A stretch of DNA of 24,663 nt from Promethearchaeota archaeon (GTDB lineage Archaea > Asgardarchaeota > Lokiarchaeia > Sigyniarchaeales > SOKP01). The stretch spans positions 1 to 24,663 of the forward strand of contig JBHLNZ010000046.1 in the NCBI GenBank assembly GCA_048941015.1. The letters run 5' to 3'. Below the pieces are notes generated by a model, which had not been told where the DNA came from, made no database searches, and saw only the letters and a list, made by a program, of their open reading frames with translations. Both the position numbers and the translations under genes were made by a program. This document shows positions 1-7,765 of this stretch, one piece after another; the first letter of the stretch is position 1; every line of letters begins with the position of its first letter.

Positions 1-189
1 AATACAATTTGGTTAAATCCAGAATTAATTAGACCAGAATGGGCTCCTTGGACAAGAAAAATCATCTCTAGTATTATTCCAATGTTTCACCTAACTATTG
101 AAGGAATAGAAGAAGCTATGGATTATCTTAGAAAATCTGGTAAAAATATGTATACAACCGTTCAGATGCTTAAAGGATTAAACTATTAA
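1..189 (+). CDS. C-terminal fragment of a vWA-domain / CoxE-like protein (5' truncated by window edge)
   Basis: Not in the ORF track. Frame +1 is open from base 1 to TAA at 187-189: NTIWLNPELIRPEWAPWTRKIISSIIPMFHLTIEGIEEAMDYLRKSGKNMYTTVQMLKGLNY*. The WLNP...PMFxLTxEGxEEA pattern resembles the C-terminus of vWA/CoxE-type proteins. Confidence 0.65.
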   Translation, partial: NTIWLNPELIRPEWAPWTRKIISSIIPMFHLTIEGIEEAMDYLRKSGKNMYTTVQMLKGLNY

Positions 190-335
190 GCTAGTCTAAA
201 ATTTTAAGATATGAATCTCCTTATAAACTCTATAATCTTAAATTAATGAAATTAAAACTCTTCATTTAATAATGAAATTGCCTTATTGTCATTCATGACA
301 CAATCTTTTATTAGAAGAAATCGTGGTGATCAAAA

Positions 336-1298
336 ATTAGTCAAATCCAAATAACCTTACCTAACGAGCCAGAAAAGTATCTCCAATCTATTTTAGACGT
401 GCTAAAAAATGAATTAAAAATGAAGAATATTCTGCTTTTAAAGGGAATTGATAATTCACTTATCATAATTCGATGCGAACGTACTATGGTTCCAGATGTA
501 ATCAAAAATTTGAATAAAAATGGTGTAGGTACGTTGCATGGCATCATTGATATTTTATCTCTTAAAGCATCCATTCCCGATATTACGCTCGAAGATGATG
601 AACAAGAGAAAAAAAAGAACATTCTTTCACAGAGAATATCTATAGAAGAAATAAAAAAAAATTTGAAAGATACCACAAAGTTAAATCTCGAATTTTTTAT
701 ATTCATCTTTTTATCGGCTTTAGTTTCTGGAGTAGGGTTGATTTTGAATTCTTCAATCATCCTCATTGCTTCCATGATTTTATCTCCTTTAATGAGTCCG
801 ATATTAGGAGTTTCTTTTGGAATCGCTAGCAAGGAATATAAAATGGTAAAAGTGGGGATTTTAGAACAAGGTTTAGGTTTAATTATCTCAATTGGGACAG
901 GTCTTTTACTAGGAGTACTAGCATTAACTCTCTATGCGCCACTTACTATTACTCCTCAAATGATTGCGAGAGGGTTTCCCAATATATTTGATCTGATTGT
1001 AGCGGTATGTGCAGGTATCGCTGTTGGACTTGGAATCACCGGTAGCATTAAGACTTCATTAATAGGTGTGGCTATTGCTGTTGCACTTATGCCTCCCGCT
1101 GTAAACATTGGACTCGCAATAATCTATGATGATCTTCCACTTTCATTAGGGAGCCTCATCCTATTGCTTATGAATATTATTGCGATCAATGTGTGTGCAT
1201 TAATTATATTCAAGATGAAAAAAGTCACTCATGTTAGAAAAGCCTATATCTTTTGGGAAGGAACGAAAGAATTACCAGACTATAAAAGCGAAACATAA
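336..1298 (+). CDS. DUF389 / TIGR00341-family multi-pass membrane protein
   Basis: Soluble N-terminal domain followed by about 7 hydrophobic segments with the motifs ASMILSPLMSPI and IGVAIAVALMPP. The ORF track starts at GTG 399, but the frame is open to 330, and GGTGA (325-329) sits 6 nt before ATT 336, so the start is uncertain (336, 399 or 420). Confidence 0.85.
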   Translation: MSQIQITLPNEPEKYLQSILDVLKNELKMKNILLLKGIDNSLIIIRCERTMVPDVIKNLNKNGVGTLHGIIDILSLKASIPDITLEDDEQEKKKNILSQRISIEEIKKNLKDTTKLNLEFFIFIFLSALVSGVGLILNSSIILIASMILSPLMSPILGVSFGIASKEYKMVKVGILEQGLGLIISIGTGLLLGVLALTLYAPLTITPQMIARGFPNIFDLIVAVCAGIAVGLGITGSIKTSLIGVAIAVALMPPAVNIGLAIIYDDLPLSLGSLILLLMNIIAINVCALIIFKMKKVTHVRKAYIFWEGTKELPDYKSET

Positions 1299-1317
1299 GT
1301 ATAATTCATCATTCAAA

Positions 1318-2997
1318 TTACCTATGGCTCTTTTTCAAAGCTAGTCTGTGAATTTTCCCTATGGCAGTTCTTGGTAATACTTGTATAAATTGAATTTGGC
1401 GTGGATATTTATAGCCTGCCATGTTTTCTTTTGCCCATTCTATGATTTCATTTTCAGTAATTTTCCCAACATAATCTCTTTCGAGGACTATAAATGCTTT
1501 AATAGTTTCCCCTATATCTGGATCAGGAACTCCTACTACTCCTGCAGAAGATATAGCGGGATGCTCTTCTAACTTTTCTTCAACCTCTTTAGGCATAACC
1601 TTATATCCTTTATACTTTATTATATCCTTCATACGCCCCTCAATATAGAAATAGCCGTCTTCGTCTATTCTTGCAAGATCTCCCGTTCTTAGCCAACCAT
1701 CTTCAGTAATTACTTTTTTTGTAGCTTCTAAATTATTCCAATAACCTTTCATTACCTGAGGCCCTCTAATTAGCAGTTCTCCTACTTCTCCGGGGTTTAA
1801 TTCGTTAAAGGTTTCAGGTTCGATAATTTTCGCATCAGTATTTAGAAGAGGAATTCCAACACTATTAGGTTTGATTTCTGGAAGCCATGCCGTTTGCATA
1901 TGTGTAACAGGCGATGCTTCAGTTAATCCAAAACCTTGAGCTACTTTTATATCATTTGTACCTTGGGCCCATTTTTGGGCAATTTCAGGAGACAAAGCTG
2001 CTGATCCTGAAATAGAACCTTCTAAAGATGATAAATCGTACTTGTTGAAGTCAGGATGGTTAACTAACATTTGAAACATAACTGGAACTCCCGTAAATAA
2101 TTTTATCTTATAATATTGAATAAATTTCATGACTTTATTTGGATTAAAATCTCCCATCATTATCATCATTGAACCTACAATTAAAGAGACTATAGCAACT
2201 GTGAATCCAAAAGTATGACATAAAGGTAATACCGCTAGCGTAGCTTCTCTCCCTATTCCTTCGCTGTAACGAGCTTTATTCATATATAGAATATTTAATA
2301 CATCTGATACAATATTCTCATGGCTAAGCATTACCCCTTTAGGTAAACCTGTAGTTCCACCGGTATAAAGCAATGTTGCTATATCATTTAATGGATCAAT
2401 TGTAATTTTCGGAGGAGATAAAGAAGAGGATTCATTTATAAAATCTTGAATCGTAATAGTGCCTTCTTTAGCTTCAGAACTACCTATTAATATGATATTA
2501 TCAATATTTACGTTTTTCATTGCTTTTTTAATTGTTCTATAGTTTTTACTGTGAACAAAAATAGTATTAATAATTTCAGAATCTTTAATAATATGAACCA
2601 CATCACTCTCATTTAAAAGAGGATTTATAGGTGTCACTGAAGCTCCTGTTTGCATTATTCCTATTATCGAAAAAATGAATTCAGGCACATTTTCGGTCAT
2701 TATAGCAACTGAATCCCCCTTCTTTACATTTATTCTTTGGATTAGTGCATTTGATATTTTATTGGCATGGATTAAGGTTTCTCGATAAGTATATTTCCTT
2801 TCATCAGGAACATAATACATAGAAACAGTAGTAGGATACATTTCTGCCGCTAATCTAATTAAATCATGAACGGTTATTGGATCATATTTAATAGATTTAG
2901 GTATTTCATTGGGATAATGTTTTAACCAGAGCCTTGCTTGATCTACCCAAGGTGCCCAATTCTCAAAATCTTCAAAAATATTTAGTCCTTCAATCAA
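1318..2997 (-). CDS. Long-chain-fatty-acid--CoA ligase (AMP-forming acyl-CoA synthetase, FadD/LcfB-like)
   Basis: Adenylate-forming motifs YTGGTTGLPKG, GFGLTE, GELLIRGPQVMKGYW, RTGD and C-terminal PRTAIGK. AGGAGA RBS 5 nt before the TTG start. Confidence 0.92.
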   Translation of the reverse strand: MIEGLNIFEDFENWAPWVDQARLWLKHYPNEIPKSIKYDPITVHDLIRLAAEMYPTTVSMYYVPDERKYTYRETLIHANKISNALIQRINVKKGDSVAIMTENVPEFIFSIIGIMQTGASVTPINPLLNESDVVHIIKDSEIINTIFVHSKNYRTIKKAMKNVNIDNIILIGSSEAKEGTITIQDFINESSSLSPPKITIDPLNDIATLLYTGGTTGLPKGVMLSHENIVSDVLNILYMNKARYSEGIGREATLAVLPLCHTFGFTVAIVSLIVGSMMIMMGDFNPNKVMKFIQYYKIKLFTGVPVMFQMLVNHPDFNKYDLSSLEGSISGSAALSPEIAQKWAQGTNDIKVAQGFGLTEASPVTHMQTAWLPEIKPNSVGIPLLNTDAKIIEPETFNELNPGEVGELLIRGPQVMKGYWNNLEATKKVITEDGWLRTGDLARIDEDGYFYIEGRMKDIIKYKGYKVMPKEVEEKLEEHPAISSAGVVGVPDPDIGETIKAFIVLERDYVGKITENEIIEWAKENMAGYKYPRQIQFIQVLPRTAIGKIHRLALKKSHR

Positions 2998-3273
2998 AAA
3001 AATCTCCTATATTTTCACTCATTATTAAATTAAAAAAAGTTCTTAACTTTGATTTGTAGACTTTAGTATTTAATCCTTTTTCCTTTATCTAATATATTTA
3101 CAATTTCGTCAGAATAATAGTAGAAAATTTTTCCTAAATTCTTCTATTAATTGATTAATAGGGCTATTAATCTTTTATATTAACTATTATTATATAGATT
3201 ACCTTCAGATAACTTTAAATAGGTAAATCATTACGTATATTCTTAAGGTAAGGAGATCCAAATTTATTAGGAG

Positions 3274-4968
3274 TTGAAAGTAGTAATGCGAAAAAGAACA
3301 GTTTTAATGATATTATTTGTTGTAATTCCAGTTAGCATTCAATTATTCGGTATACCCTTTTTAGGAGTTTCGTTTTCAAACCATGACATCGAATTCAATT
3401 ACGTATACGATTGGAATTTGAGAGGTACTGGTGGATGGTACGAAGGTTATAAAGAGAAATTTAGGTCTAATGGCCATTATACGGTAGATTTTAGTGGAGA
3501 TATCGCAATTGTAAATGCTGAAGTAAAATGGAAATTTGTTAGCAGATTGTTTGGTTACATTGAAGAAAGTTACGGTAGTGATGAGATTTATACATTTACA
3601 TATTCATTAATTAATGGTAGCTATCTATCTGGAACAGATCAAGATTATAATACTTCTGGTATGAACGTTTGGTTTCATATTCCTCAAGGATTAACTGGAT
3701 CAGAATATTCCTTGCTTGAAAGTAATTATACTAAATTGGGCACGGATATAATTTGGGTAGGCCATTTAATGCCATTCACTGGAATTAAACTGCGGGATAG
3801 TGGTGAATATTTTAGAGATGATATTTATGGTGAATTTGATGCTGAATATACTGTAGATAATTATTTTACAAAAAGTGGGTATTTAATAGGAGAAGTTTAT
3901 ACTGAATACGATGTGGGAGAAGATAGAGACACAGGTTATGATTCTGAGTTTGCAATCAAATCTTATGTTTTTATTACATCAGCAAGTTATCTTAGACCAT
4001 TTAATTTTGGAATTTATTTTATGGCATATTGGTTCCATATCCTTTTTTTCTTGGTCCTTTTCTATGTAGTCTACGAGCATTACAGATGGAAACAATTGAT
4101 TATCTCTAAAACACCTCCTTCGGAATCAATAATTATCGAAAAAAATCTTCCGAGAAATCTTCAATTCTCAATAAAGTCTGCTTATTCAGATATGATTCCA
4201 ACATTTTTAGTGAGAGGGAGAGCTTATGGAAAATTGATAATTACTGCACATACGCAAGAAGAGATTAAAGGCATTGGTTTCATTGAAGAAAATGGTAAAG
4301 TTGGTACTTTTTATGGCACATATGCAGAAGCGATGATTCAATATGCAAAAGTGAAATATGCATTTACGGAGATTAATAGAATCAGTGGATTTAAATTAAT
4401 TGAAAAATTTGACGTTTTTCAGATAGAAAATCTGCACTATATTGATTTGAATTATGATGCTTCTCTAATTAAACCTGTAACTAACCAAGATCTTCCTGAA
4501 TTAACCAGAATGATTGCTTATGAGGATTATGGAAAACCTAAGAAAAAATATGCTAAATGGGTACTAAAGGCAGTAGAAAATGATATAGCGTTGATTGCAA
4601 CAGCATCCCCTCGAGAAAGTTGGACTCGGGATATTATGTCTGATATAAATAGACGAAGATATCCTAAACCACAAATCCTTTTAAGTGATATCATTATTGG
4701 TATGGGTTTTGCAACACCTGGAAAAGATACTGGATGGCTTTATGGATTATACGTTCATCCGGCATTTAGAAATCAAGGAATTGGAAGTACACTTGTAAAG
4801 GCTCGCTTATCTGCTCTTAAAGAAATGGGTTGTGACAAAGCTATAACGGAAATAGCAGAATGGAATGGTCCAGCGAAAAAAATTTACCATCAATTTAATG
4901 CTCAAATTATTGGAGATATTAACTTACTAGGAACCAAGATGCCAAAAGTACGTGTGAGGCGATTTTAA
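3274..4968 (+). CDS. Membrane-anchored GNAT-family N-acetyltransferase with an extracytoplasmic domain (two TM segments)
   Basis: Hydrophobic N-terminus (aa ~10-30); Tyr/Gly/Asp-rich region with N-x-S/T sequons (NGS, NTS, NYT); second TM at aa ~243-268; C-terminal GNAT motif A (LYVHPAFRNQGIGSTL) and motif B (NGPAKKIY). The real start may be ATG 3286. Confidence 0.8.
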   Translation: MKVVMRKRTVLMILFVVIPVSIQLFGIPFLGVSFSNHDIEFNYVYDWNLRGTGGWYEGYKEKFRSNGHYTVDFSGDIAIVNAEVKWKFVSRLFGYIEESYGSDEIYTFTYSLINGSYLSGTDQDYNTSGMNVWFHIPQGLTGSEYSLLESNYTKLGTDIIWVGHLMPFTGIKLRDSGEYFRDDIYGEFDAEYTVDNYFTKSGYLIGEVYTEYDVGEDRDTGYDSEFAIKSYVFITSASYLRPFNFGIYFMAYWFHILFFLVLFYVVYEHYRWKQLIISKTPPSESIIIEKNLPRNLQFSIKSAYSDMIPTFLVRGRAYGKLIITAHTQEEIKGIGFIEENGKVGTFYGTYAEAMIQYAKVKYAFTEINRISGFKLIEKFDVFQIENLHYIDLNYDASLIKPVTNQDLPELTRMIAYEDYGKPKKKYAKWVLKAVENDIALIATASPRESWTRDIMSDINRRRYPKPQILLSDIIIGMGFATPGKDTGWLYGLYVHPAFRNQGIGSTLVKARLSALKEMGCDKAITEIAEWNGPAKKIYHQFNAQIIGDINLLGTKMPKVRVRRF

Positions 4969-6173
4969 TGAAAGTAATGAATATATTAGATTCAAATTCA
5001 TATGAAAATCACTTAATGCACTCTACAAATTTAGAACTTTATGAATCTGATTCGGAAAACATTGAAATAAATCCCCAATTTAAATATCTTAAGAAATGGA
5101 TTAAAACATATCTTGGTCCAGCAACAGCAGAATTTCATGAATTCAAAAACAATAAACATCTAGCAATTAGAGATGAAAATCGAAATGCAATAATCCCTAA
5201 ACTTAATACTGAGATTAATGGTAAGAAGTTTTTCTTAGCTGTTAAAGGTTGTGGAGCCTATGAAGATATGTTTTTTGGGGGGGCACTTAATAGATTAGCC
5301 ATAAGAAGAGCTTGTAGAGATTTTTCTTTACTAAGCAAAGTAGAGAGATTATCTACAGGTTTAGGTTTTATTATGTCAGAATCTTGGATGGGAGAGAGTC
5401 CTTATGGAGCACAAGGAAAAATTAATGGATTTGATGAATTAAATTTCTCAAAATTAGCAAATCTTGATTCTATAAATGGTGCTCATATTTGTCCAGCTAT
5501 AGCAGTAGTACAATTGCCAAAAAAAGTTGAAGAAGTAGCTCGAAAGTTTTTTTGGTTTCGAAGATATAAGGATCATTTCTATCAAGTATTACGGTTAATA
5601 CCATCTAATGTAAGACTGTATTTTGAATCCAACCACACAATTTCTAATCCAGCTTCTCTTTTTTCTCTTTTTGGAATTAATGATACCAAAAAGTTAGAAG
5701 AATTTGAGTTAAATTTCATTAAAAGTGGTATTGCGTTGCTCTCATTATATATAAGGTCAGCTAGGATTGAGAATGGAGAAGTGGCTGGAATAATTTATCA
5801 AGATGTATGGTTAGATAAAGATTGTGTGGTAGCACCAAATGGAACTATTCATTTTACTGATATAGAAGGTTTAATTTGGCAGAAAGTACCATTAAATAAA
5901 TTTACTGAAATTCAGAAAAAAGAATGGCAAAAATTAGTCTTTGAATTCCTTTTTGCCTTATTTCAAATAGATTCTTTTCGACATATAAAAGATGGAATTC
6001 AACTCTCATGGTCAAAACAAAGGGAAGAATTAGCTCTTCTTATTCAACTTGCTTTGGATAATGATATATTTGCATATACAAAAAATCAAAATAACGACCT
6101 AATTATTGTACTTGAAGAGCCTTCATTACCAATTTTAGAAATACCAATTATAGAAAAGGTGAAATCTGCATGA
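4968..6173 (+). CDS. Hypothetical protein with SelO/YdiU-like (protein-kinase-fold) motifs
   Basis: 401 aa ORF overlapping the upstream stop (TAATG). Motifs AVKGCG, G-x8-E (YGAQGKINGFDE), RLIPSNVRL and LDKDC...FTDIE occur in the order expected for the SelO/kinase fold. Confidence 0.55.
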   Translation: MKVMNILDSNSYENHLMHSTNLELYESDSENIEINPQFKYLKKWIKTYLGPATAEFHEFKNNKHLAIRDENRNAIIPKLNTEINGKKFFLAVKGCGAYEDMFFGGALNRLAIRRACRDFSLLSKVERLSTGLGFIMSESWMGESPYGAQGKINGFDELNFSKLANLDSINGAHICPAIAVVQLPKKVEEVARKFFWFRRYKDHFYQVLRLIPSNVRLYFESNHTISNPASLFSLFGINDTKKLEEFELNFIKSGIALLSLYIRSARIENGEVAGIIYQDVWLDKDCVVAPNGTIHFTDIEGLIWQKVPLNKFTEIQKKEWQKLVFEFLFALFQIDSFRHIKDGIQLSWSKQREELALLIQLALDNDIFAYTKNQNNDLIIVLEEPSLPILEIPIIEKVKSA

Positions 6174-7654
6174 ATTGTGAAAGAGCTTTAGAAATATTAG
6201 AATCAATTAAAAATAGGCAAGAAATTCTAACTTCTTATGAAGAAATTACAGATTTAATTAATAGTGCTTTGATTTCCGAGTATAAAGGATCAGGAATAGA
6301 TAGAAACCTAGAAGCTGAACTCGAACATCTTAAAGATCAATTTAATACTTTAAGTGGAGATCTACGTGATTTATCAAAGGAATTAATTTCAATACAAGGA
6401 GAATATGATAATTTAGGGCTTATTTCAAGACTTTTCAGTTATATAAAAATAGGAATCGGCAATAGCTTAAAAAGAGAAATAAATGAATTGAAAAAATTGA
6501 TTAGTGCTAAAGAATCCGATCTACTTAATATAAAAAACAATTTGCTAAATCTTAATGATATTAAAAAGAATTTAGAACAAGCTGTTAAAGTGAATGGAGT
6601 AAAAGTGTTCTTAACTCCTTTTGGTGAAACTATGATCGATGAAATAAAAGCTCGAAAAAGATATTATTCAAGAGATTTAAAAGATTTGAGAGAAGTTCTA
6701 AGACGCCTTGATAACGAATTTACCAATTTAATTAGCAAAGTACAAAGATTGATGATGGGGAGCGTTTTTTCAGCGATTTGGGCAGTGTATTTAATTAATT
6801 CGAATAATGAGCATTTAAAAAATGCATTTAATGCAATAACTAACAGTGACTATAATTATAAAAACTCAGAAAAAAGGATGATGAAACTTTCCTTAAATAT
6901 CTTGAAAGATCCAAATATAATAATGCCTCGAACTAATCGTCAAGTTAAAGTAATTGAGAATGAAATGAAGTATGCTTATCGTAGCAATAATCCTTCTAAT
7001 GAAATTGAGAATAAATTTTTTGCTCAAGGTTTATGGCCTTCTGGAGTTAACAAAAGAACCATCTCCCTTTTAGGAAAAATTTTCTCTGCTTGGGATTCAT
7101 ATCAAACTGCAGACATCTTTGAAGGAGATAAATATCTCGAAAATTTAAGCACACTTATAAAAACTGAACATTATAAAAAATTAGGGGAACCACGGTATGA
7201 TGAAGAAGTTATGTATAGTTTAATGATATTAGCTTTATCACCTAACATTTCCAGTTATGATTATTTTCATAATTTTGTGAAAGATATCCCTGAAGTTGCT
7301 AAATTTTATTCAAGTATAGCAACTTTATTCCCCTGGGATCCTGAAGAAACCTGGATGATTCTTCTTAGAGCAGAATCAAACATACTTAAAGCTCAGAGTG
7401 CAAAATTTATTCCGGAGTTAATCGAATATGCTCTTTTATTATCTATGAATCCTCAAATTTTAACAATCGAAAACAATCTTTCGCAAGATGATCTTTCAAG
7501 ATGGCAACATTTAATAATTCCAACAGTTCACCTATTTATGTATTCCTTCTTAGAAAAAGATTTAGAAAATTACATAAGAAGAAGACCTCTAGCTTATATC
7601 ATCTCACCAAGATATTATGTACATTCTTCACTGCATTATCATGTAATCGGATAA
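6170..7654 (+). CDS. Hypothetical protein: N-terminal coiled coil (possibly inserted in a winged helix), helical C-terminal domain
   Basis: 494 aa, ATGA overlap with the upstream gene, AGGTGA RBS 7 nt before ATG. Leu heptads at aa ~45-140, flanked by DLINSALISE and VFLTPFG. Confidence 0.75.
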   Translation: MNCERALEILESIKNRQEILTSYEEITDLINSALISEYKGSGIDRNLEAELEHLKDQFNTLSGDLRDLSKELISIQGEYDNLGLISRLFSYIKIGIGNSLKREINELKKLISAKESDLLNIKNNLLNLNDIKKNLEQAVKVNGVKVFLTPFGETMIDEIKARKRYYSRDLKDLREVLRRLDNEFTNLISKVQRLMMGSVFSAIWAVYLINSNNEHLKNAFNAITNSDYNYKNSEKRMMKLSLNILKDPNIIMPRTNRQVKVIENEMKYAYRSNNPSNEIENKFFAQGLWPSGVNKRTISLLGKIFSAWDSYQTADIFEGDKYLENLSTLIKTEHYKKLGEPRYDEEVMYSLMILALSPNISSYDYFHNFVKDIPEVAKFYSSIATLFPWDPEETWMILLRAESNILKAQSAKFIPELIEYALLLSMNPQILTIENNLSQDDLSRWQHLIIPTVHLFMYSFLEKDLENYIRRRPLAYIISPRYYVHSSLHYHVIG

Positions 7655-7675
7655 TTTCTTTAAAAAATTAAAATA

Positions 7676-7692
7676 TTTTTATCTTTTTTTTT
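7676..7692 (+). terminator. Oligo-T tract, putative archaeal intrinsic terminator of the three-gene operon
   Basis: TTTTTATCTTTTTTTTT about 20 nt after the stop, in the gap between convergent genes. Confidence 0.4.
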
Positions 7693-7765
7693 AATTAAGT
7701 CTTCATATGAACTTTAATATCTAGAACTTAGAAAAAGACTATACTCTTATAAATTTAGTTGTAAT

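Noticed and set aside
341-832. 163 aa minus-strand ORF
   Set aside because: Antisense shadow of the DUF389 gene; no motifs.
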